NCBI GenBank assembly: GCA_947478685.1
Contig: CANJWO010000004.1
Coordinates: 1 to 61,178, forward strand
Direction of reading: 5' to 3'
Length of the DNA: 61,178 nucleotides
DNA from: Chlamydiota bacterium
Lineage (GTDB): Bacteria > Chlamydiota > Chlamydiia > Chlamydiales > 2-12-FULL-49-11
Shown here: piece by piece, positions 50,689-59,589 of the stretch
How the letters are laid out: every line of letters begins with the position of its first letter
How positions within the stretch are numbered: the stretch's first letter is position 1
The notes under the pieces: generated by a model
The model's database searches: none
Seen by the model: the letters and a program-made list of their open reading frames with translations, nothing else
What the model was told of the DNA's origin: nothing
Translations under genes and position numbers: made by a program

Positions 50689-50850
50689 TTCCCACTGGTT
50701 CCCACTTTTTTATTTTTGCAAATAGGGCTTTGATAGTCTTTTGCTTGTGTGCAATTAATTTTTTTAAAGGTTGAGGGTAAGTGGGGGTTTTATCCAAAAT
50801 CGCTTGCGAAGTTTGTGATCAATTGTTAGTATGTGGGAAATTGTGGGAAA
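50689..50850. promoter_or_regulatory. MraZ-box-like GTGGGAA direct repeats
   Basis: TGTGGGAAA twice at a 10-bp period (50832, 50842), TTCCCACT twice at a 10-bp period (50689, 50699), and GTGGG near 50781. Confidence 0.65.
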
Positions 50851-50851
50851 T

Positions 50852-51385
50852 ATGGCGAAGTCCTTTTTTAGTGGCTCTTATAGTGCGAAGCTTGATGAGA
50901 AGAACAGATTTGTTCTTCCTCAAGAACTCCGCTATCAGCTCGTAGAGGACGGAAAGCTAGAATTTACAATTGCTTTGAGTATGGGTGGATGTCTTGCGAT
51001 TTATAAAAAAAGTGACATCACAGAGATCGTAGAAAGATTTAAAAAGAAGCAACACATTGCAAAATTTCAGAAATTTTTCACCCTTTTCTTTTCGACATTG
51101 GTTGAAGCAACTTGTGACAAAGTTGGAAGAATTATGATCCCTTCTGTTTTGAAAAATGGAGTGGGAATGAAACAAGAAGTTATTATTGCAGGGGCTCTTA
51201 ACAAAATAGAGCTTTGGCCGAAAGAAGTTTATGATAGAGATCTTGCTAAATTTATCGGTGGCGAGGCTGAAGGGGATTTACAAATGATGATGGAAGAGGC
51301 GTTTTCTTTACTCTCAGATGAGGAAGAATCAAACGGAATCGAAAATGCAGTTGAAAGAGTGCAAAATGAGGTCGTAAAACTATGA
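50852..51385 (+). CDS. mraZ: Division/cell wall cluster repressor MraZ
   Basis: LDEKNRFVLP, DKVGRIMIP, IELW. Start moved to ATG 50852. Confidence 0.92.
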   Translation: MAKSFFSGSYSAKLDEKNRFVLPQELRYQLVEDGKLEFTIALSMGGCLAIYKKSDITEIVERFKKKQHIAKFQKFFTLFFSTLVEATCDKVGRIMIPSVLKNGVGMKQEVIIAGALNKIELWPKEVYDRDLAKFIGGEAEGDLQMMMEEAFSLLSDEEESNGIENAVERVQNEVVKL

Positions 51386-52292
51386 CATTACAGAAAGCAC
51401 CCCATATCCCAGTAATGATGGATGAAATGCTTGAATACTTTGCAGATGTTTCTATTAAGGTCTTCTTTGATGGGACATTAGGTGCAGGTGGTCATGCAAA
51501 AGCAATGTTAGAGGCTCACCCCGAAATAGAGATGTATATTGGTTGCGACCAAGATCCAATGGCCTTAGCAATTGCAAAAGAGAATTTAAGTGCTTTTGAG
51601 CACAAGATAAAGTTTATACATGGAAACTTTCTTAATCTAGACCAGATGATCGCATCGGTTGGTGTTAAGCAGGTAGACGGTTTTTTTTTGATTTAGGAGT
51701 GTCATCTATGCAATTTGATGAAGATTTTAGAGGCTTTAGTTTTCAGAAAGAAGGTCCTCTCGATATGCGCATGGATCCTACGACGGATCTTACAGCTAAG
51801 GATGTTGTGAATGAAATGTCCGAAGATGATTTAGGGGTTATTTTCAGAGATCTCGGAGAAGAGAGATTTTGGAGAAGAGGCGCTAGGGCAATTGTAGATG
51901 CACGCAAAAAGAAGACAATTGTTACAACAACAGAGCTTGCAGGGGTAATTGAGAAGGCGATTTCTAGAAAAGAGGGAATCCATCCTGCAACAAGAATATT
52001 TCAAGCTATCCGAATCTATATTAATAAGGAGCTTGAATCGATTGAGGGATCCTTAAAAAAAGCGATAGATGTCTTAGCCCCAGGTGGAAAAATTGGCGTT
52101 CTCAGTTTTCATAGCCTAGAAGATAGAATTGTAAAAAACATTTTTCGTGATGCAGCAAAGTCTATAAAAGGACTTGATCAAAAGCCGTTACTTGCCCTTT
52201 TAACAAAAAAACCTAGAGTCCCAACTCCACAAGAGAAGAGGATTAATCGTAGATCTAGAAGTGCTAAGTTGCGTTTTGCTGAAAAACTATGA
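51382..52292 (+). CDS. rsmH: 16S rRNA m4C1402 methyltransferase RsmH, split by a frameshift at T9 (51681-51689)
   Basis: Part 1 has HIPVM and DGTLGAGGH. Part 2, in the -1 frame, has DLGVSSMQ, RGFSF, PLDMRM, SFHSLEDRIVK and RSRSAKLR. Confidence 0.93.
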
Positions 52293-52657
52293 AGAAGATT
52301 TTTTTTGTACAAGTTCTTGTATGTGCATTTTCGTGTGGCGGGGTTCTTTACGCCTACGTAAGACAGCAGAACGATGTTACGAAAGTTCGGATAGAGCTCC
52401 CTAGACTCACAAGAGAAGTGAGACAACTAGAGGAGCAAAACTCAAGATTAAGATACGAAATTGAGCGCTTTGAAAATCCAAAACATTTAATGGAACTTGC
52501 TAAGCGTCCAGAATTTAGTCATTTAAAGCACCCTCTTATCGGTGAGATCTTTGTCCTTCAGATTAAAGAAGATCTCCAAGAAGCTAAAGAGGAGAGCAAA
52601 CTCCTCCCAAGAGTTAGAGCAATTTTTGCCCACTCTCTTCCCGAAACTTCAAAATAA
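52289..52657 (+). CDS. ftsL: Cell division protein FtsL-like
   Basis: Transmembrane helix plus coiled coil, FENPKHL, located between rsmH and ftsI. Confidence 0.75.
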   Translation: MKKIFFVQVLVCAFSCGGVLYAYVRQQNDVTKVRIELPRLTREVRQLEEQNSRLRYEIERFENPKHLMELAKRPEFSHLKHPLIGEIFVLQIKEDLQEAKEESKLLPRVRAIFAHSLPETSK

Positions 52658-52765
52658 TTTTTCTTTTTTTCTGTATGTTCTATCTCGAGTTTAGGGTTTT
52701 TTAGAAATACATTACAAGAATTCACATATAACATGCTTATAATAAAAATATAAAGAAAACTTGTT

Positions 52766-52851
52766 CACCACAGAGATCACAGAGCACACAGAGGCGCTAC
52801 GCGCAAAGAATTTGTTATTTTTTCTCTGTGTCCTCTGTGATCTCTGTGGTG
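52766..52851. repeat. CACAGAG-triplet palindromic element, copy 3 (plus half-element at 52901-52920)
   Basis: CACCACAGAGATCACAGAGCACACAGAG - GCGCTACGCGC spacer - inverted arm. Shares a flank of about 50 bp with copy 1. Confidence 0.9.
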
Positions 52852-52959
52852 AAAAAATCTTAAAAAACCTATTATCACACAAGCTTGCTCCTAAATTTTT
52901 CACCGCAGAGACGCAGAGGCACTAGAAGAAAAAAGTAAACTACTTTGAGTTGAGAAAAT

Positions 52960-54921
52960 ATGGGTAAGAGATTTCGGTTTGTTAGTGTTGCGATTTTTGT
53001 GCTGGCGCTCTTTGCCATTCTAATTGTTCAGTTCTATAAAATTCAGATTTTTGAGCATGAAAAGTGGGTGCATGTTGCAAAAGGGCAGCATCAAACAGTT
53101 GTGAAAGAGCCTTTTAAAAGAGGTGTTTTTTATTCAAATACCCAACTGAAAGCTTTGCATATTGAAGAAAAACAACCGTTTGTTATTGATGTGTTAGCAT
53201 ACCATTTGCATATCGATCCATTTCTGATTCCAGAGCAATTTAAAAAGGAGATGAGTGAGAAGCTTTGTCAGCTTTTAAATCTTCCACCCGACATTTCTGA
53301 CCATTTCTATAAAAAGAGTCGCTATAGAAGAGTTGCAAGCATGATCTCTTTTCAAGAAAAGGAGAAGGCAGAACTCTTTTGGAATGAGTATGCAAAGAGT
53401 AAGAGACTTCCAAAAAATGCCCTATATTTTGTTAAGGATTATCAGAGAAGTTACCCGTTTGGAAAGATGCTCGGTCAGGTTCTTCATACGGTAAGGGGAG
53501 AGAAGGAAGAGAAGACCCATCAAGCAATTCCTACGGGGGGTTTAGAGGTTGTTTTTCATAAATATTTAAAGGGTGAAGAGGGTTCTAAAGTTATTTTAAG
53601 ATCACCTCGGTATGAGATCGATAGTGATTTTGTTGAGACGCCACCTAAAGATGGCTCTGATGTCTATTTGACAATCAATCACATATTGCAAGCTATTACA
53701 GAAGAAGAGCTTGCAAAAGGCGTTAAAAAGGTTGGCGCAAAAGGTGGCTGGGCTGTAATGATGAACCCCTTTTCAGGGGAAATTTATGCAATGGCACACT
53801 ATCCGTTCTTTGATCCATCACATTATCAAGATTATTACAACGACCCAAAAAAGGCAGAACATACTAGGATTAAAGCGATTACAGATTGTTTTGAGCCGGG
53901 TTCTACAACGAAAGCAATCACTTTAGCGATTGCCCTTAAGGCAAATCAAGAATTGCTCAAGCAAGGGAAAAAACCAATTTTTTCCCCAAAAGAGATGATG
54001 CGTTGTGATAATAATATGTTTCCCGGAAGAACGCAGCCATTAAAAGATGTTAGTAATCATAAATACTTGAATATGCAGATGGCTATCCAAAAATCATCTA
54101 ACGTATATCCCGCAAGATTAATGCAACGTGTGGTGGAGACGTTAGGCCCTAGTTGGTATAGGGAGCAGTTAGTCAATGTATTTGGATATGGTGAGAAGAC
54201 GGGAATAGAACTTCCTTATGAAAATGCAGGAATGGTTCCTATGCCTGGAAAAAAGTATGCGAATGGTAGTTACGAATGGTCACTTCCAACCCCTTACTCG
54301 TTAGCAATTGGATATAATTTGCTTGTTAATTCAGTTCAGGTAGTAAGGGCTTTTTCAGTCCTTGCAAATGGAGGCTATTTAGTAAAGCCAACGCTTTTAA
54401 GAAAAATTGTTTCCAAAGAAGGGGTAATTGTTGATAATACCGCTACATTATTTAAGAAAAAAGTATTAGATGAAGCGATTGTAGAAGAAATAGTTAAGGC
54501 AATGAAATTTACGACAAAGCGGGGCGGAAATGCGGCTTTGGGGGATATACCTGGTTTTACAGAGGCCGGAAAGACAAGTACTTCTGAAAAATTAATTAAG
54601 GGGCAATATTCTAAATCACTGCATTTTTCGAGTTTTATTGGATTTGCCCCTTTAAAAGATCCGAAGTTTGTCTTGTTTGTAGGAGTTGATGAGCCTCAAA
54701 AAATTTATATCCCTGGATTTGGAACGACTCATTTTGGGGGTAAATGTGCAGCACCTATTTTTAGAGAGATTTCAAAAAGATCTCTTGAATATTTAGGTAC
54801 ACACCCTGATGATTCATATGGTTATCCGAAAGGAGATCCGAGAGCGTGTATAGAGAAGGCTGATTGGACAAATGAGGTAAATCAATTAAATGAGCTCTAC
54901 AAGAAATATAATGAAACTTAA
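52960..54921 (+). CDS. ftsI: Penicillin-binding protein 3
   Basis: EPGSTTK (SxxK), SSN and GKTST. Confidence 0.93.
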   Translation: MGKRFRFVSVAIFVLALFAILIVQFYKIQIFEHEKWVHVAKGQHQTVVKEPFKRGVFYSNTQLKALHIEEKQPFVIDVLAYHLHIDPFLIPEQFKKEMSEKLCQLLNLPPDISDHFYKKSRYRRVASMISFQEKEKAELFWNEYAKSKRLPKNALYFVKDYQRSYPFGKMLGQVLHTVRGEKEEKTHQAIPTGGLEVVFHKYLKGEEGSKVILRSPRYEIDSDFVETPPKDGSDVYLTINHILQAITEEELAKGVKKVGAKGGWAVMMNPFSGEIYAMAHYPFFDPSHYQDYYNDPKKAEHTRIKAITDCFEPGSTTKAITLAIALKANQELLKQGKKPIFSPKEMMRCDNNMFPGRTQPLKDVSNHKYLNMQMAIQKSSNVYPARLMQRVVETLGPSWYREQLVNVFGYGEKTGIELPYENAGMVPMPGKKYANGSYEWSLPTPYSLAIGYNLLVNSVQVVRAFSVLANGGYLVKPTLLRKIVSKEGVIVDNTATLFKKKVLDEAIVEEIVKAMKFTTKRGGNAALGDIPGFTEAGKTSTSEKLIKGQYSKSLHFSSFIGFAPLKDPKFVLFVGVDEPQKIYIPGFGTTHFGGKCAAPIFREISKRSLEYLGTHPDDSYGYPKGDPRACIEKADWTNEVNQLNELYKKYNET

Positions 54922-56344
54922 AAAGCTTATCGATGGTTTTGATATCAAAGTTGTAAAAGGTTCAAAAGAGATCGATATATCGGGCCTTTCAAGTAATTCT
55001 AAAGAAATTGGTCCGGGCTTTCTTTATATTGCGAAGCGGGGTAAAACTCACGATGGCAACCAGTATGTCGCAGATGCAATATTAGCTGGCGCTAGCGCTA
55101 TCCTAAGTGATCTTTATAATCCATTTTTAGAATCGGTTACACAATTGATTACAAGTGATACAGGGATTATGGAATCATTGCTTGCAGCAAGATTTTATGA
55201 CAATCCCCATGAGAAACTATTTCTTGTAGGAATCACGGGAACAAGTGGAAAGACTACAACTTCCTATCTCATTAAGCATCTTATTGGAGAGTCGGGATTA
55301 ATCGGTACTATTGAATCAGTTATTGGTGACCATCGAATCAAGAGCGATCTAACTACTCCCGATTGTATTACCTGCTATAAACTATTAAAAGAGATGTGCT
55401 CAGCTAAGCTCTCTTCCGCTGTCATGGAGGTCTCTTCTCACGCTCTTTCTCAGAATCGGGTCGAGGGGCTTTTATTTGATGTTGCATTATTTACTAATCT
55501 GACTCCTGAACATCTTGACTATCATGAAAATATGGAAGCATATGTAAAAGAAAAAGCGAAGCTTTTTACAAAACTTAAAAAAGAGGGTGTTGCCATTGTC
55601 AACAGGGACGACCCTTGGGCCGTTTTTATGAAAGCAGATCGAAGACAAATCACATATGGGATTGAGAGTAATGCAGACTTTAGGGCTAAAGATATTGTAA
55701 TGACCCTTTCGGGAACTAAATTTACCTTAGAGTTTGATGGAAAGGAAGAGGCATTTAAAACCCCCCTTATTGGAAGATTTAATCTCTATAACGCGCTAGC
55801 AGCAATTTCTGTCGCATTTGTAAAAGGGATTGACATAGCTGAGATAAAGAGACGAATTGCTACATTTAAGCCAGTTCCTGGAAGATTACAACCCGTTAGA
55901 TGCAATGAAGGGGCTTATATTTTTGTCGATTTTTCCCATAAGGCAGATGCTCTAAAAAATGTTTTACTTACATTGCATGAATTAAAAAAAGGGAAAATCA
56001 TTACTGTTTTTGGATGTGGTGGTAATCGAGATCGAGAGAAAAGGCCGAAGATGGCGAAAATAGCTGAAGATTATAGCGATATTGTTATTGTTACCTCTGA
56101 CAATCCTAGAAATGAAGATCCTGAAGAGATTATTAGAGAGATCCAAAAGGGATTCACAAAGAAGACCTACCTTATTGAAATTGATAGAAAAAAAGCGATT
56201 GAAAAGGGGATATCCCTCCTTAAAAAGGGTGACATACTTTTAATTGCAGGTAAGGGACACGAGACAAATCAGATCTTTGCTTCGATGTCGATCATTTTTG
56301 ATGACGTCAAGGTTGCGCAAGAATTAGCAAATGCGATAAGTTGA
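54890..56344 (+). CDS. murE: UDP-MurNAc-Ala-Glu--DAP ligase
   Basis: GITGTSGKTT, MEVSSH, EHLDYH, DNPR, AGKGHE. The start is probably the internal MKLKK. Confidence 0.96.
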   Translation: MSSTRNIMKLKKLIDGFDIKVVKGSKEIDISGLSSNSKEIGPGFLYIAKRGKTHDGNQYVADAILAGASAILSDLYNPFLESVTQLITSDTGIMESLLAARFYDNPHEKLFLVGITGTSGKTTTSYLIKHLIGESGLIGTIESVIGDHRIKSDLTTPDCITCYKLLKEMCSAKLSSAVMEVSSHALSQNRVEGLLFDVALFTNLTPEHLDYHENMEAYVKEKAKLFTKLKKEGVAIVNRDDPWAVFMKADRRQITYGIESNADFRAKDIVMTLSGTKFTLEFDGKEEAFKTPLIGRFNLYNALAAISVAFVKGIDIAEIKRRIATFKPVPGRLQPVRCNEGAYIFVDFSHKADALKNVLLTLHELKKGKIITVFGCGGNRDREKRPKMAKIAEDYSDIVIVTSDNPRNEDPEEIIREIQKGFTKKTYLIEIDRKKAIEKGISLLKKGDILLIAGKGHETNQIFASMSIIFDDVKVAQELANAIS

Positions 56345-56348
56345 TAAA

Positions 56349-57041
56349 ATGATGAAAATTTTTACGATCTTTCTCTTAAGTCTACTTTTTTCTTCTTGTG
56401 CTACAAACAAAACAACCTCAAGATCAGATGCTAGTGCATACAAACATAATTCTGCTGAAAAAAAGGTAGCTGCACATAAAAAGGAGATGGTCCCCCTTAT
56501 CGTAATCGATCCGGGTCATGGTGGATTTGATTTAGGGACTCACAGTAAAAGTTATGAAGAAAAAGAGATCTGCTTAAAAACTGCCGGATTTCTTAGAAAG
56601 CACTTGGAAAAAGCTGGTTACCACGTCATTATGACAAGAAGTAGAGATGAATATCTCCCTTTAAAAAAACGGGCCGAGATCGCAAACCAGGCAAAGAGCC
56701 AAGTCCTCATCAGCATCCATTGCAACTCTGCTAAAAACACCAATGCCAAAGGGATTGAAATTTTCTACACACAAAAAACTGAGCCATGGCGCGCTAAAAA
56801 ATCTAAGCAATTAGCTCAGGCTGTACTTTCTAGTTTCTTAGCCCAAACAGGGGCAGATTCCCGAGGGATTAAAGAGGGTAATTTCTGCGTCATTCGTGAA
56901 ACAAAAATGCCTTCCATCCTCATCGAAACCGGCTTCCTCACAAATGAAGAGGAGCGTAAAAAACTGAGCAACGACTTCTATCTCGACACTGTCGCCAAAT
57001 CGATCACCACCGGCGTCGACAACTACTTCAAAAGCACCTAG
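56349..57041 (+). CDS. amiA: N-acetylmuramoyl-L-alanine amidase
   Basis: IDPGHGG, EKE, SIHCN, LIETGF; lipoprotein-like signal. Confidence 0.93.
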   Translation: MMKIFTIFLLSLLFSSCATNKTTSRSDASAYKHNSAEKKVAAHKKEMVPLIVIDPGHGGFDLGTHSKSYEEKEICLKTAGFLRKHLEKAGYHVIMTRSRDEYLPLKKRAEIANQAKSQVLISIHCNSAKNTNAKGIEIFYTQKTEPWRAKKSKQLAQAVLSSFLAQTGADSRGIKEGNFCVIRETKMPSILIETGFLTNEEERKKLSNDFYLDTVAKSITTGVDNYFKST

Positions 57042-57050
57042 CATAGATTT

Positions 57051-57182
57051 CAAATCTTATTCGCTATATCTGCTTGCATCGGGCCTGTAAAAACAGAGCC
57101 CTGCTTCAGCATCACCTAATGGTTGATAAAAAGGCGAAGCGATCTTTTAGCCTAAGTGAAATTTTAAATTTAAATGACTATA
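57051..57182. mobile_element. MITE family copy with hybrid ends
   Basis: CAAATCTTATTCGCTATA, then the core TGCTTGCATCGGGCCTGTAAAAACAGAGCCCTGCTTCAGC, then AAATTTAAATGACTATA. Confidence 0.75.
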
Positions 57183-57271
57183 TCATTGATATTCAATAGA
57201 TAGCGGCTATTTTATTAAATTTGTAGCTAAGAACTCTGATTATGGGGTTAATTTGGGATTAGTGAAGGATG

Positions 57272-57344
57272 CGTCCCCGGCGCGACTTGAACGCGCGACC
57301 TGCCGCTTAGGAGGCGACCGCTCTATCCACTGAGCTACGGGGAC
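57272..57344 (-). tRNA. tRNA-Arg(CCT)
   Basis: GTCCCCG acceptor stem, AGTGGATA D-loop, CTCCTAA anticodon loop, GTTCAAGT T-loop. CCA is not encoded. Confidence 0.96.
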
Positions 57345-57398
57345 AAAAAAGTATAATTAATATATGCTAAAGAGAAATTATATTGAAGGGGTGTTTTT

Positions 57399-58850
57399 AT
57401 GGCGACGGCAGATATTGGTCTTATAGGACTTGCAGTAATGGGGCAGAACCTCATTTTGAATATGAATGATCATGGGTTCACTGTGGCCTGTTTTAATCGA
57501 ACAGTCTCTAAGGTTGACGATTTTCTTGCCGGGCCTGCGAAGGGGACTAAAGTCATTGGCTGCAAAACGTTGAAGGACTTTGTATCTAAGCTTAAAAGCC
57601 CTAGGAAGATAATGATGATGGTGAAGGCTGGTGAAGCAGTTGATGATTTGATTGCTGAGCTTACCCCCTTCCTTCAGAGAGGTGACATCTTGATTGATGG
57701 AGGCAATAGCCACTTTACCGATACTGAGAGAAGGTGTGAAGAGCTTAAAGCTAAAGGTTTTTTGTTTATAGGTTGTGGGGTTTCTGGGGGAGAAGAGGGG
57801 GCAAGAAATGGGCCGTCGATGATGCCCGGTGGTAACGCCGAGGCGTGGGATGCTGTGAAGCCTATTATCCAAACCATTTCGGCTAAGACAGAAAAAGGGG
57901 AGCCTTGTGCCGATTGGTTAGGCAATGGGGGCGCCGGTCACTATGTAAAAATGGTCCACAACGGCATTGAGTATGGGGACATCCAAATCATTTGCGAAGC
58001 TTACGATATGATGCAGAGGATAATCGGTTTGAATGAAGCTGAAATGGCAGAAATTTTTAGAAATTGGAATAAAGGGGAGCTTGATAGCTATCTGATTGAG
58101 ATTGCAGCAAATGTGCTTGCATTTCAAGACGTTGACGGCAAGCCGCTTGTGTCTAAAATACTTGATTGTGCAGGGGCAAAGGGTACAGGAAAATGGACTA
58201 CAGAGAGCGCTCTAGAAGAGGGTATGCCTCTCTCCCTTATCGGTGAGGCTGTTTTTGCAAGATCACTTTCTGCGCTAAAAGATGAAAGGGTCAAATTAGC
58301 CAAGATTTTTACAAAACATCCAAGGCTCTTTACTCAAGATAAAGAGGAGACTATCGACAACATCCGAAAAGCCCTCTACGCCTCAAAAATTATGAGCTAT
58401 ACACAAGGCTATATGCTTATGCGCGCTGCCTCTGTCCACTATAAGTGGGATCTTAATTACGGGAACATTGCCCTCATTTGGCAAAATGGATGTATTATCC
58501 GAAGTGTCTTCCTAAGTAAAATTAAAGAGGCTTTTGATCGAAATTCCGACCTTCAAAACCTCCTCTATGATGATTTTTTCAAGAATGCCATTGTCAGGTC
58601 TCTTGAAGGATGGAGAAAAGCGGTAGCGCTCTCAGTTGAGCACGGTGTGCCCACTCCTTGCTTTAGTTCAGCTATTTCCTGGTTTGATGCCATGACATCA
58701 GAAAGACTTCCAGCAAACCTCTTGCAAGGCCTCCGCGACTACTTTGGCGCTCACACTTATGAGCGGACTGATAAACCGCGCGGCACCTATTCCCATACTA
58801 ATTGGACAGGAACTGGCGGCAGCGCAGCATCAGGATCTTATAATGCTTAA
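57399..58850 (+). CDS. gnd: 6-phosphogluconate dehydrogenase (NADP+)
   Basis: GLAVMG, SGGEEGA, KMVHNGIEYG, RDYFGAHTY. Confidence 0.98.
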   Translation: MATADIGLIGLAVMGQNLILNMNDHGFTVACFNRTVSKVDDFLAGPAKGTKVIGCKTLKDFVSKLKSPRKIMMMVKAGEAVDDLIAELTPFLQRGDILIDGGNSHFTDTERRCEELKAKGFLFIGCGVSGGEEGARNGPSMMPGGNAEAWDAVKPIIQTISAKTEKGEPCADWLGNGGAGHYVKMVHNGIEYGDIQIICEAYDMMQRIIGLNEAEMAEIFRNWNKGELDSYLIEIAANVLAFQDVDGKPLVSKILDCAGAKGTGKWTTESALEEGMPLSLIGEAVFARSLSALKDERVKLAKIFTKHPRLFTQDKEETIDNIRKALYASKIMSYTQGYMLMRAASVHYKWDLNYGNIALIWQNGCIIRSVFLSKIKEAFDRNSDLQNLLYDDFFKNAIVRSLEGWRKAVALSVEHGVPTPCFSSAISWFDAMTSERLPANLLQGLRDYFGAHTYERTDKPRGTYSHTNWTGTGGSAASGSYNA

Positions 58851-59589
58851 GTTTTGGGCTCTCGATGACGGATATCTTGAAATCAATCAGAGAGGGCTTT
58901 TTGGCGAGAGTGTGGAAGATATTAAGTTTCGAATCCCCATTCACTGCTTTCTTGTAAAAACAGAGGATCAGCTAATACTCATTGATACCGGTTGCGGTAC
59001 CTATTTTGGGCCCACTGCGGGCCGGTTAGGAAAAAGCCTTAAAAAGACGGGGCATAGCCCTGACCAAGTTACTCTCATATTCTGCACCCACCTCCATCCC
59101 GATCATATCGGAGGCCTCTCCCTCTTTCCAAATGCAACTCTTTGTGTATCTGAAAGGGAAGTAAAATATTGGATAAATCCTGAATCTGAGGTAAGTGAAT
59201 ATAATAAGAAATACGTCCCCTTCGTAAGGGAGATGGTAGCATCGCATCAAGGAAAAATTCTCCTGATCAGGCCCGGAGAAGAGATCGTTCCCGGGGTGAC
59301 CTCCGTAGAAGCATATGGCCACACTCCAGGTCATACAGCCTTTCTCTTCGAGTTAAATGACCAAAAACTCCTCATCTGGGGCGATCTTGTTCATAAAGCA
59401 GATCTGCAATTTCCCCATCCAGGGCGTCTTGTAGTCATCGATGACAATCCGGAAGCTGCAGCCATAGCCCGCATGCGCTTATTGGGAGTAGCCGCAGACG
59501 AAAAACTCCTTGTTGGAGGGGCGCATCTCCCAGATCCTGGGTTATTTCAGGTCTCTAGACTGGGTGGCATTTTTGAGTTGTTAAACTAA
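58843..59589 (+). CDS. Metallo-beta-lactamase fold hydrolase
   Basis: IDTG, THLHPDHIGG, GHTPGH, WGDLVH, GAHLP. ATG at 58843 overlaps the gnd stop codon. Confidence 0.88.
   Translation: MLKFWALDDGYLEINQRGLFGESVEDIKFRIPIHCFLVKTEDQLILIDTGCGTYFGPTAGRLGKSLKKTGHSPDQVTLIFCTHLHPDHIGGLSLFPNATLCVSEREVKYWINPESEVSEYNKKYVPFVREMVASHQGKILLIRPGEEIVPGVTSVEAYGHTPGHTAFLFELNDQKLLIWGDLVHKADLQFPHPGRLVVIDDNPEAAAIARMRLLGVAADEKLLVGGAHLPDPGLFQVSRLGGIFELLN

Noticed and set aside
52712-52903. 63-aa ORF (and the similar 24622-24831 and 33522-33707 ORFs)
   Set aside because: These are translations of palindromic repeat elements, with no independent evidence of coding.
58744-58842. Long gnd/MBL overlap
   Set aside because: ATG 58843, overlapping the gnd stop codon, is the natural coupled start.
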